From NCBI GenBank assembly GCA_002256025.1, contig NKIB01014738.1, positions 1 through 41,059 on the forward strand: a stretch of DNA of 41,059 nt, in the 5' to 3' direction. The notes beneath the pieces were generated by a model. It was given only the letters and a program-made list of their open reading frames with translations. It did no database searches and was not told the origin of the DNA. This DNA comes from Asterionella formosa. Its lineage: Eukaryota. Below, piece after piece: positions 24,711 to 36,242 of the stretch. A program made the translations under genes and the position numbers. Positions within the stretch are counted from its first letter, which is position 1. Every line of letters begins with the position of its first letter.

Positions 24711-26883
24711 TCTCCACAATTTTTCTACTCAGATATTATCACATCAAAACAATTATTGCTTGCTTCTTATTCGTATTGCTTGCCTTAATCAAGATTCAAG
24801 AAGAGCTGATGAAATGGGAGTGCTGCGGCTGTCATTTGTAGGTCGAATGAATGCTAAATACCTGAAAAAAGCGGTGCCCAATTTCGCGTTTGCTTCTTTG
24901 CTTTTAGTGTCAGCAGCATAAGATAATAGCTGCATGTTGCTATGAATAAAATAGACTGTAAGCACTTTACTTAAAACAAATCCAACTTAGCAACTGCTTG
25001 TATTTTTTTTGAATTCATTTGTATATAGAAATTTCGTGATTTTTGAAAAAACAATAGATGTAATTATTTACACAGAAATTATATGATCAGGCATACAAAA
25101 AAAATTGTTAGTTTTCCCCAAAATTTATGTGTGTTTGTAAATTTTTTATTTAAGTTGTCGAAACTATTTTAGTTCACTCCTATCATATAGTATATTAAAT
25201 GATGTATCACATTTTATATTTGATGTCATACCCTTAGATTATGTACTTAGCCCAATTTGTCATAGTGGACCACCCAAATAATTATTTTGGGTGATCATAT
25301 TTTTCTAGCCTTTTTTCTGAAGGCTGTTGCAATAATCGGCATTGTAGATCAAGCCAAAGGGAAAACATGTTTTTAATTGTGAGTTTTCGTACTTGCGATG
25401 CCTGTTGTGTCTGATGCAACTGTTGCGCCTGTTGCACAGCATGCATTGCTCAGCCGGCACAATATTCCCTTTGAACAGCAGCCATCCTGTTTCCAATTCA
25501 AATCAGTGGGGTTGTCCATAAAAGTGACGATACAACGAGATTTGAACAGAAGATGTAGTCCTTGCTTGTCAATGAAGATGAGTATTCATTGACAAGGAGA
25601 CTACTGGTGAAAAGTATAGATATATGATTTATAAAATTTGTCGTCAAAAAAGGGGGGGGGATTTTTTTTGGTTCCATTCTAGCGATACTAACATATTCAT
25701 ATTTGAAATACAATAAACTATTTGGAGTTAAGATGGCCAACACGGTACACAAGATTTCTATGCACAACACACAAGATGACAGCACAACAAACTACCCAAA
25801 AGCTGTGTATTTGTGTCAACAATAAGTTATAGCCTTATCAATTCCATCCATGGCTTTTTCTTCATTGTATACTAGTCTATTAAATCATTAAGGCATCATC
25901 ATGCAGCACCAGGCAACAACAGACAAAAATACCAAGGAGTTTGTCATTGTTCATTGATTGTTCCATCCCACCAATCACGAAGCGACGTCGTCTACATTCA
26001 TCGGTACTTATTATACTACACATGATGAGCATATATTTTCAAATGATCCGCCCTACAGTTGTTTATTGGTGTCGAGGGTTAGTTGCAGCGACTACAAGGT
26101 ACCTCGTATTATTTGCATAACAATGTGAATGCACTACCAGGTAGCATGTAATCTATGCCATCGTAAATCCAATTTACTGGTATCATGTAGTTATGTAGAC
26201 AATGTCAGTGCTGCTACAAGATCATCGGTAGACTAGGTCCTATGCATGGGACACTACATTTAAGGTTGCTGTATGTCAACCCTATAGCAATATTTTTGAA
26301 ATGTTGCTTAGGGTTCCCGAAATTCGCAGGAATTAAGCATTTTTAGCTTATTTTGAATGACATGATTCCGTTTGAACTATTTAAATCAGTGGACGAAATT
26401 GCGTGTACATACATAGATTCCTTTTCGAATTCGCTAAATAAATAAACATTCTACATTGCTCAATGTATATATACCCCATAGAATGATCGACATATATGAG
26501 TCATACGAGCTGGCAGCAGTGTTTTCTACTCTTGTGCATATAGTACCACCAGCGATCACCCCAGAAAATTTTACAAGTGTATCCAGTATGGCTGGTGTGG
26601 GTTTGCAAGATCTCGGAAACCGGTCCAATCAAACAGAAGTAAGTAATTCATTATAACCTATCAGCATGTAAATGATGCAGTGCGAACTTACAATGGAGTT
26701 TTTGTACAGGAGATTTTACGACTAAAAATTGAAACACAAGACTCCTACTTGTTGGATGATGATGTGATTCTGATGTTTTGGAGATGGTTGAAAAGGTCGA
26801 TTTTGTGGATTTTTTGGACAATGATTGCTCAATGTTGGCCGGACTGAATTCGATTTAGATACAAACTTAACCTACAAGTAGCA

Positions 26884-27010
26884 TCAGTATAAGTTCTGGG
26901 GAGAAACTGCAGAAAAGAAGTTGCTTGGGTTTTGAAAATTCGAGTCTTTATAGCATAGTTTAAAAACCGAAGTTCCTTCCTGCAGTTTCTCGCCAGATCC
27001 TATATCCTGA
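26884..27010. repeat. ~127-nt fold-back (inverted repeat), MITE- or hairpin-RNA-like
   Basis: CTGGGGAGAAACTGCAGAAAAGAA (26896-26919) matches the reverse complement of TTCCTTCCTGCAGTTTCTCGCCAG (26973-26996) at 21/24. Pairing continues inward (CTTGGGTTTTGAA / TTTAAAAACCGAAG) and imperfectly outward. Confidence 0.75.
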
Positions 27011-27398
27011 CGTTAAATAGAGTTGACCTAGTATACCCCAACTTTGATCAATGTCTGTATCTAAGCAAATGGAAATGGTGTATATTGGTGAAAGCTCCGT
27101 TTAGCAATATACATTCATGCTTTACTCCTAACTAAGAAGCGTGTGTTTGACTACTCTGACTTGATATTATGTTTTAACCCTACCACTATCATAGGGTTGA
27201 AATGCAGCAAACTTGTTAACGAACTTGGTTCACTGGTCCACTGCAATAATTTGATGGGTTCTATCGATACCGGTTGGTTGTATTACTCGTCAATGATGTT
27301 CCGTACAGTATTGCACCATCACTGACATTGACAAACATTCTCATTGCAACCACACACGCACACACCAATGAGATTGCCATCGATCATCATTCAATGCA

Positions 27399-29678
27399 AT
27401 GGGACGAAAGAAAGACACAATAAAAGATGCCGACGATCACAAAGCATATGACTCAATCTTGGAGCTATTCGATTTGGCCGGCGTCTTTGGCTCACACGAT
27501 GATGAATCAAGAAACGAACTTTTAGAATCTCTGAAGAATCTGTCGTTGCGTATGAAGTTGTGGTCCGAAGATAGCCTAGATACGATGCTAAAATTGGAAG
27601 ATGTGATTCAGCGGGCTCGATCGGCATGCAAGGCATTTGTCGCTAATCTAGAACACGAACGAGCAGAAATCTACATTTTGTTACGAGAGGTGGAGGAGAA
27701 GTCAAAGTCAGACGAACCTTCCACTCTGCGCGTTCTACACTGCCATTCGCTAGTTTCCGCCTACCAAGATCAAGTTGAACTTGAAGAGGAGATGCTAGGT
27801 GAAATTATTGAATTGCTAATACACATCTATCCTGAGCCGATGAATGGCGAGTCAAAAGTGACCGAGTGTATCCGATTCTTTAAAGATAGAATTATTTTGA
27901 AAAGGCAACATTGGAAAGATATTTTGAAACCTATTCAGTTGTCTGACTTTGGTAAAACCACCCTTCCAACAAAACTTCATGAAAATTCGCCTGTACTCGT
28001 TGAGGCCTCTAAATTGCAACAAAAGAATGTCACAAACAGTTCACCGCAGATTGGTCTCAATGAGAGGATATTATCAAGCCAATTGCCGCTTGACCTTTTG
28101 AACAGTTTTTTGGAAAACGAAGAGCCTAATGCATTCTGTCTACTTATCACCGGTCCCAGTGGCTCTGGAAAAACACATTTATGCGATCAGTTGGAACGAA
28201 AGGCACTAGTTGCTAACATACAGGTCATTCGGCCGGAACTCCCCCTTGATCTCATGGGTGGAAAATTCGGTGACGCCGAAAGCGCCATACTTGCAATATT
28301 TGAGGCGGCCGCAGCGGAAAAGTCTGTCGTGATTTTGGACAATATTGAACACATTCTGGGAGAAGCTGAATACGATGAGGAACCTCATTTGATTTCTCGT
28401 CTTAGGTCGACTTTCCTCGGGATGCTTGATACCGTTAAACATAAACAATCGCCTTCTAACATGTTTGTGACGTGCACGTCAACGCGGAAAATCGAGAATT
28501 CGAGATGTGAACAGACGATCACCTTGGCTCCTCCAAATGAGCTTGAAAGGCGGCACATGATCCTATCATCCCTCTCGTTACAAAGAATATTGGAACAGTC
28601 AGAAAATGAGTCTCTCATGGTTCCCACCGAACAATTAGTCAATGAGGTCGTTGAATGTACTGTCGGTAGATCTATGGGAGAACTCGCTCAGTTATGTCGA
28701 CAGACAATTTCATGTTCACCACCATCACAAAGCGATGAACTGGAGAGGCTGATAAACATGAAAAAGTCACTTCAATTATTTTCCCCAGAATCCCTGCGAT
28801 CCGGGTTCATTGCAGACTTTGTGGACATAACTGTATTTACTGCAAGAGACTTACTGTCGGTTCAGAATGGCAGGCCTGTCCTCCAGCTCTTTGGAGAATG
28901 CGCAAGGCGTGCTTGGGAACAACTAGAAGATTTGATTGTAACTCCACTTTGCCATGCCACAACCCTTGATACTATTTTGTTTGGATCCTCTAGATGCGAT
29001 GCTAATGTGGTTTGTGGTGGTGTTTTGTTGACGGGCTTACCTGGAGTTGGGAAGTCGGCACTAGCACGGCATGCAGCCGTCGTAGCAGCGTCTCTTCTTC
29101 CATCCCTTAAACTATTGAATGTGTCGTGTACTTCCCTCATCCACAAGGAGGTTGGTGGGTCTGAGAAAGCGCTGCAAAGACTTTTTGCTTCAGCACGAGC
29201 AGCCGCGCCATGTATCCTGCTCATGGATGGGATAGAAAACATTGCTGCAGTGCGAGGTCATGACAATACAACTGAAGGGACCATGGATCGCGTGCTTTCC
29301 ACCCTTTTAGTAGAACTTGACGGCGTTAATTCCAATGTCATGGATGGGCGAAGAATCGCTGTTATTGGGATAACTCACAGTGTCAGCTGGATTGACCCTG
29401 CACTTCGGCGCCCAGGACGATTGCAAAAGGTCATTCGATTGGATCTACCAGACCTGGAAACACGGCGAATGATTGCTATTAAGGAATTGGAACCAAGTCT
29501 GGGTAAAACCTCAGCAAGAGAAATATCAGATATCATCGCAGTGGAAACCATTGGCAAGGCTGCTGCCGACGTAATAGCCCTATGTACTGAAGGCCGCCTC
29601 AATTGTGTCAGAGAGCATGTTTCCTTGAACTTGCAAGGTCAACCAAAGCTCAAGATAGGTCACTTTATTAAGACTTGA
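27399..29678 (+). CDS. Two-domain AAA+ protein of the CDC48/AFG2(SPATA5)/PEX1-6 class with degenerate Walker B motifs
   Basis: 759-aa ORF. D1: Walker A GPSGSGKT, Walker B VVILDN. D2: Walker A GLPGVGKS, VGGSEKALQRLFASARAAAPCILLMDG, RVLSTLLVELDG, and second region of homology IDPALRRPGRL. The N-terminal region looks helical. Confidence 0.85.
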   Translation: MGRKKDTIKDADDHKAYDSILELFDLAGVFGSHDDESRNELLESLKNLSLRMKLWSEDSLDTMLKLEDVIQRARSACKAFVANLEHERAEIYILLREVEEKSKSDEPSTLRVLHCHSLVSAYQDQVELEEEMLGEIIELLIHIYPEPMNGESKVTECIRFFKDRIILKRQHWKDILKPIQLSDFGKTTLPTKLHENSPVLVEASKLQQKNVTNSSPQIGLNERILSSQLPLDLLNSFLENEEPNAFCLLITGPSGSGKTHLCDQLERKALVANIQVIRPELPLDLMGGKFGDAESAILAIFEAAAAEKSVVILDNIEHILGEAEYDEEPHLISRLRSTFLGMLDTVKHKQSPSNMFVTCTSTRKIENSRCEQTITLAPPNELERRHMILSSLSLQRILEQSENESLMVPTEQLVNEVVECTVGRSMGELAQLCRQTISCSPPSQSDELERLINMKKSLQLFSPESLRSGFIADFVDITVFTARDLLSVQNGRPVLQLFGECARRAWEQLEDLIVTPLCHATTLDTILFGSSRCDANVVCGGVLLTGLPGVGKSALARHAAVVAASLLPSLKLLNVSCTSLIHKEVGGSEKALQRLFASARAAAPCILLMDGIENIAAVRGHDNTTEGTMDRVLSTLLVELDGVNSNVMDGRRIAVIGITHSVSWIDPALRRPGRLQKVIRLDLPDLETRRMIAIKELEPSLGKTSAREISDIIAVETIGKAAADVIALCTEGRLNCVREHVSLNLQGQPKLKIGHFIKT

Positions 29679-31112
29679 AAATGTCCCTTGGGTTCACTCT
29701 TAGCATCGTTTTGTTTTGTGTACAAAGTAGCTAAAACTTTTTATGCTGCACTACTGGGGATCTCTGTACAGCAACAACGGTATAATTTTTTCAAGATTCT
29801 GCTGCCTGTCTCTTGTCAAAAGTTTTTATTCTAGGCGACATTTGTTGGGGAGTGACTGTTCCTTTTCTAACCCCAGCACTGCAGTCAGGATTCCATCATG
29901 TACCCCAGAGTACCACCCAAATGAAGTCTTAGTAACAAAGAACTCTGGTCTATCTGTACCACTTCAAAACCTGAGTCAACCTTATGAGTCACTAGTTACT
30001 GAGAGACTGAGAGTCATCCTTACAGAGACTAATCACACAATTTGGGATGAACCTTGGGGACACATTGATTCTGTTTCATTTAAATTTCTTCCTTGCCATG
30101 AATGGTCAAGTAATATTCACATTTGTAGGTTAGTGATGCATCCACTTTCTCAAGACATACAGGTCAAAAGGCAGCTTTTACCAGAGTTTGGGTAAATCAG
30201 TTTATATATAATATCATTAATTATGTGCCTTATTGCTACTCTATTATCAGTAGGTGAGCTGGTATGGCGCTTCCAGGCATACCACCCCTGGGTTTTGGAA
30301 AGCAAATAAAGAACCAATCTTAACCTGACTGGTATCAACTCAACAAAATATTGTGACTCTAGGTGCTTGTATGTGTGAAGGTGGAAGTGGATACAAACTC
30401 TCAAGGGAGAGTCTGGGAAGTGCTGAATTGTGCAGTTGTGCTGTACTTGTCAGTCATCTACCTCGTTTTTCAACTGGGAAAGAAAGTTATGAGCGCAAAG
30501 GAGTTTGCAGTCACACTGTGGATCTTGGCTGTTGTTCTTTCAATTGCCTTGGAAGAAGTGTGCTGTAAAATTGGTGTAGACCAGTTTACCCTTTTAAACC
30601 AGAAATAGCTACTAACTGGAACCTGGTGGGTTGATCAGGTTATACAGTATCACAAACATCAGGATGCTAGAAAAGGAATAAATCTGGACAAACTTGCCCA
30701 CCAACAAAAAGAAACAGCACTAAGGGCGATTGCAAGGAATAAACAATACATAGCCGGTCTTCATGATGCTGTAGGCAGATACTTGTTGGGTCCTGAAGAA
30801 GTTGATGACCAGCTGAAAAGGAAGATGCATGCGGAAGAAGTGCAGATTGAGGGAGAGAAAAAGAAAATAGATGCACACACAGCGCTTGCATCAAACAAGG
30901 TTTATGCAATCTGAACACTAAAAAAGGATATCAGAGTCGTGAACAGTGGAGCAAACGAAAATAATGGCAACATGATGGTACAAGCAAGCAGGCGATTTTT
31001 CATTACCAAAATAAAGCAACTTCAACTTACCAGATACCATGACACCATAATGCGTGGCAATGCTGATACAACAATTTAACATGTTTTAAAACAAACCTAA
31101 AGGTCCAGAGAC

Positions 31113-34100
31113 ATGGTTACGGCCAATGAAGAATCAGGTGAGACTGTTTACTTGATCAAGTTTGATGGAAGAGAGACCACTTGGCATGAGTGGAGTTTCA
31201 AGACTCTTCAGCCTGCAAAATCTAAATGTTTTAGGCATGTGTATGCCAAAGGCATGAAGCCAATCGATAATGATGCCTATTTGGTGTCTACTGATGATGA
31301 TGAGAAGAAGAAATATGAGTGGAATAACAAGGCATACCAGCTATTGATTCTTAGTGTCAGTGGGATTGCATTTGAGATTATTAATTTAGCCAAGACAGAT
31401 GATTTGATGGATGGAGATGCTTTTCTTGTCTGGCAGTATTTGGAGGATTGCTATGGTCCTCATCAAGTTACTGATTTAATTCAGCTAACAGGAAATTTCA
31501 AAAATTGTACTTTGGAGAGAACTAAAGCAGACCCAGATGTGGCCAACGAGACACTCTTGCTTAAAAATGTCCTATATACACCTATCTTTTTTATAAAAAT
31601 TTTATCAGCATTGGTACTTTTGTACGTGATGGTAATTACAAATGTGGAATGAAGAAAAACAAAATGACTTTGAGAAAAACGCGACAAGCTGCAACGCTGA
31701 GTTTCAAACGCGATCATTCTGACATCTTGTACTACTATTTCCAAGAAAAATGTGGAATTTACGCAAGGGGCTGGGAGTGATTTTTTATCTGCAGTGGTCA
31801 TCACACCGAAAATAACCACTATGGCCATCAATGAATCTCACGCTACATACCATGGACATATTGGGGAAGCAGCATTGCGGGTTACTTTGAAGTTGCTTGG
31901 TATCAAAATGACAGGTATGATGTATGCATGTAAGGGATGCGCACTAGCTAAGGCTAAAAATGTTCCCAAAAATGACTATTAGCAAGGCTACTCAACCGGG
32001 CGAACTTTTTTCGCAGATATCAGCGGTCCAAATACAAAGTCGATTTTACTATACTGGAAAATCTTGGAGTTTCTCTGTTAACAAGAATTCAAAGCTTGCT
32101 TCAAAGATTGAGGTTTTTTGACTACATTGAAAATGGCTAAGTACATTACTAAGCAAGTTTCTCCGTTGTGACAATGCGGGCGAAAATATGTCAGGTTTGA
32201 CAAAACTATGTGAAAATTCAAGTTGAATTTACGGCACACTATACACGCCACAACAGAATGGAATTATTGAGCGAAAGTTTGTGACCATTTGTCAATGAGC
32301 ATGTGCGGCAATGTTTGCTGCAAAATTCAATCATGAATTTCAAGGTTTATTTTGGGCAGAGACCATCAACACCAACACCAGCCAACACAAGAGTCACGAA
32401 CATAATGGCAACATCTTATGATATAAAAAATGCAGATGAGATGTTTTATAATAAGCTTCCCATGATTTACGATCGTCTAATGCACCAGTTTGGCAGGATT
32501 GGATGGAGGGTGAAAATCGGTGCTAAGAAAACCAAGAAACTTGAAGAAAAGGCCATTAAATGTGTGATGGTTGGTTATTCTCATGATCATGCTGGAGACA
32601 CGACCCATCGAATGTTTAACCCTCAGGGACGAAAGATTGTAAACAGTCGCAACACTTGCTGGGCTGATTGGCACGGTCAAACAAGTTCATTTGCAGACTT
32701 AAAGGATTTCAATGTGGAAGGGGACACAGAAATAATTGATATTCCAATTGAAGATGAAAAGCAGGACGAAGATGTTGTTCCTGTTGTGCCACCTATCTGG
32801 CGGCAGGATACTGATTTGGAAACACCTGTTCCAGTTGTGAAACAAAGTATCTATCAGCTATCCGAAGCAGCGGGGAAGTTAGATGATGAGATCAATAAAT
32901 CCGCTTCGAAGAAAGCAAAATTGGAACCAGAATTGAAACGCCTTGGTAAACGTAGTGCTCGGCGTACTCTACTACTCTTGCTTCAGATCCTGGGAAGCCA
33001 AAGCATAACAAGGATGCTATGAATGGAGATTTGAGCACGCAGTGGACCGTCGCTATTAAAGATGAAATAAACAATTTCTTCAAGCTAAATGATTGGAAAA
33101 TGTTTCCTCGTGACAATCTCAAGGCAGAAAACAATTAGGCACACGGTGGGTATTAAAGTAGGAGCCCGAGCAGGATAGAATTATTTGACAGAAAGGATGT
33201 ACTATTGTAGTGAAAGGCTTTGTTCAGATCCCTGGACTAGATTTAACTGATTCATTTGCTCCAGTTGCAACAGATGCTTCAATGCATGTGATATTTGCCC
33301 TCTCGTTATACAAATGGGATAAGTCTGATGAAACTGATAGGTTTGTCAAATCATTGATGTCGAAGCTGTTTTTCTTGAAGGAGAAATGGAAGAGCAAATA
33401 TACATTGAATGTACAGGTGGGATTTCAGAGTTTGGTTTCGAGGCACAAGAAACAATGAAAAACGCATTAAGTTGTAGAAGGCTATGTACAGCACAGTTTA
33501 AGCAGCGCTACAATTCTTCAAGAAAATGATGTTAAATGGTTTAAAAATGAAATCAAGAAAATCTTTACAATCAAGGAGCTTGGCCTTTTGAAGAAACATT
33601 TGGGAGTGTGATACAATTGGTGGGGTCAAGATAAAGTTGGAAGCTACTTGGAGTCGAGCATGGAAGATTTTGCGCTTGCTATGCTCCAGGATTATCATGA
33701 TATTTTTGTAAAGTATCCAAGAGATGCATTGACCCCAGCATCGCCAGGAAGCAATTGTTCTTAGAATGAATCCAGATAAAGTCGCTCTCCAAAAAGAAGA
33801 CAATATTGTTCTACGGTTGGAAAATTGTTCTATTTTGTGAAGAAATTTGGACTAACATTTAGAGAATTCAGGAGAGGCCCTTTGGAGTGCTGTTAAACGT
33901 TTGTTAGTTTCATTGAAACTGATGAAAGAAAGAAACAAACAATTAAAATACCCCACAGAATTACGAGGTCAAGATGTGGTAGACAGCTCATTTGGGGACA
34001 ATCCTGATAACTGGAAATCGACAAGTACATACTTGGGTACCATTGGTGATGCATCGCTAATGAATTGTATTTCGAAAGAACAAAAGATTGTTACTGTTTC

Positions 34101-34443
34101 CATCACTGAAGCAGGGCATGTGGCTCTCTATCAGATGCATCAACAAAGGAAAACACTTTTATAATGAATCTACTCAATGAAGTTGAATGCAAGGAAATGC
34201 CCAGTATCATTGCAGAAGACAGTACAGGTGCAATTTTTTGTCAAAGAATCAACAGGTCGGTTCACGAACAAGCACATTGATGTGAGATATCATTTCATTC
34301 GAGAAAAGTTGAAGGCTGGAGAGGATGTTAGAGTTGATTGTGAATACTTTGAAGAATTCTGCGGAACTACTCTCAAAAAATGTCATTCAGAAAATTCATG
34401 ACACTCATGCAACTCACATTATGAATGGGACTATGGATTGTTG
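31113..34443 (+). mobile_element. Degenerate Ty1/Copia LTR-retrotransposon internal region (gag-pol; resembles diatom CoDi elements); LTRs not identified
   Basis: Fragments in Copia order. Gag: FDGRETTWHEWSFK...AYQLLILS. Protease C-terminal part: LLKNVLYTP. Integrase HHCC: H..GHIGEAAL..CKGCALAK (~31840-31950). Integrase core: DISGP, RCDNAGEN, TPQQNGIIERKF (~32015-32280). SH3-like: KLEEKAIKCVMVGYS. RT: VVKGFVQIPGLDLTDSFAPVA. RNase H: VDSSFGDNPD..KSTS, KHIDVRYHFIREK. Many stops, frameshifts and internal deletions. Confidence 0.9.
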
Positions 34444-34834
34444 GCTTCTGAGAAGCCAATAAATTAACGGATAGCTCATAACATTACAAATTATAAAGTG
34501 AAAATACGTTTTCAGCTTTAGTGATCTTAAACAGAAGATCAGTGATATTTCAATAGACAATAATTTAAGACAGACTGATCTGTGTCTGTTGAATTTTCAT
34601 GTTGCTTGTGACCGGCACATGACTAAATATTATTAGTTCCAATTTCAATTCTTCTTCTTTAACATGTATAGCCCTTTTGTTCAGGAGTGAGAGTAATATT
34701 CATCGACATTTCAACTGGACAATTTAACATCTATAAAACGTGCAACTACTGCTGAAAAAAGTTGGAAAATATGATATTTTCTAGCCGTCTTCGCCTTTAA
34801 AAATAGCTACATAAATGTTAAAATTTTAAACAAT

Positions 34835-35034
34835 GGCTTTGAGCCACTTTGAATGGTTTTAGCACCTTTAAGATGGATAGATCTCAGTTAATGTATGTTC
34901 AAGTACAAGAATGATCTAATTTTCTTGTAGCTTCATGAACTAGCTACTATCGTGTCAAAGGGCAAAAGAAGGGATCGATTTTAGTATAATTCTAGAATTA
35001 TTCGGAAAACGATACAATAACGTGGCTCAAAGCC
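34835..35034. mobile_element. 200-bp MITE-like element with 13-bp perfect TIRs and AT flanks
   Basis: GGCTTTGAGCCAC at 34835-34847 and its reverse complement GTGGCTCAAAGCC at 35022-35034. AT lies directly on both sides. No coding capacity. Confidence 0.65.
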
Positions 35035-35058
35035 ATTTATAACTGGTACCAGTTAAAA

Positions 35059-35872
35059 ACTGCCCTGACCCATTGAGTTAGGCTGTTTGTTTGACTCCTC
35101 CGACTAAAGGTAAATTCTACCGAATTGCGGACCCATTTGTTCGATGTGTCAGAGCAGCCCCAATCAATCTGTCGTGTTAAAATTCTCATTGAACAATTTC
35201 ATCAGAAGATACAATGAGTGTAAAACAGCTAAAAAGTGATTTCAATGGGTCACGGCAGTATCTATATTTTTCTCATAAATATGTATAAACTCATAAACAT
35301 TTTCGAGGATAGATAAGGTTATTTGTTAAATAAAGCACTTGTCATGCTTGTTTTCAAAAAATTTTGAAAACCTGTTATGTACTCCCTACCTGGTATACCT
35401 GTAATCATGCATGATGCAGATGCATGATGATGTCGCATGCCTAAATAATTAGCCATCTCTGTAGAAGTCAATACCAAGACAAGATATAAATTGATGCAAA
35501 TGAGGTTAAGGTTCATAAATTGATGCAAATGAGGTTAAGGTTCATAAATTGATGCAAATGAGGTTAAGGTTCAAATCAATATCGAAAGTGTTCTATTGAT
35601 CATCGTATATCATATGATGTGGAGACTTCTAAACTTACCCTAATCCATGTTCTTCACCTTTTCGTTGGTGGATCGACCATTTCAGGCTATCAATCAAGAT
35701 GAACAACTTCCTCCAAATCTCAAGCTAATTACATAGCTGATTAGCCTATATGCTTGGGAAGGATCCAGACCTCTCAGAATTTTCATTTACATGTAAATTT
35801 TGATAGCAAAACAAGTCATTCTGCATTCAATGGGTCAGAGCAGTACAAGAAATTCTTAATGGGTCATGGCAG
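35059..35872. mobile_element. Non-autonomous TIR element(s) with CTGCC(C/G)TGACCCATT termini; one left end and three right-end copies
   Basis: ACTGCCCTGACCCATTGA at 35059-35076. Inverted copies: TCAATGGGTCACGGCAGT (35242-35259), TCAATGGGTCAGAGCAGT (35827-35844), TAATGGGTCATGGCAG (35857-35872). Two right ends read GCAG-TA. Confidence 0.55.
35486..35573 (+). repeat. 29-bp tandem repeat x3
   Basis: ATAAATTGATGCAAATGAGGTTAAGGTTC at 35486, 35515 and 35544, identical copies. Confidence 0.95.
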
Positions 35873-36242
35873 CCTTTCACTGGTCCCTGGAACCCTGGTA
35901 CCTGGTACCAGGTGCTGGTAGACATATGGATATTGGGGTGCAGTGTTGGCACCTGGTAAATTCTAACAGAGTGATGACTTTTTACAACCACGAACCAGGG
36001 GAAGTTGCGGTAAAAGACGGTTAGTACTGACAGGAAAACAAAGCTAAATCTCTCACTTACCCACCCCAAGACCTTCGGAAATACATACACACATCGCATT
36101 GTTTTAGTTGTTTAAAAAAAGAAAGAACCTTCTCAAGCTATTTTTTTAATGCATTTTATCGCAACATTTTCCCATAGCTCCTTTTACCTTCTCACCTAAA
36201 AATATTACAAAGTATTGGTGAATCATCAAGTGAAACACTGAC

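Noticed and set aside
26478..26848. Two exon-like pieces (GTAAGT...TACAG intron) giving LLDDDVILMFWRWL, reminiscent of Ulp1-type peptidases
   Set aside because: Ends in a stop shortly afterwards with no His/Asp/Cys triad; too little to call.
29743..30920. Short ORFs between the AAA gene and the Copia gag
   Set aside because: CpG-poor and stop-riddled; probably a decayed element, but no diagnostic motif was recognised.
30926..30940. GGATATCAGAGTC as a degenerate tRNA-Met primer-binding site (TGGTATCAGAGC) for the Copia element
   Set aside because: Imperfect match, and no TG...CA LTR pair could be found on either side of the element.
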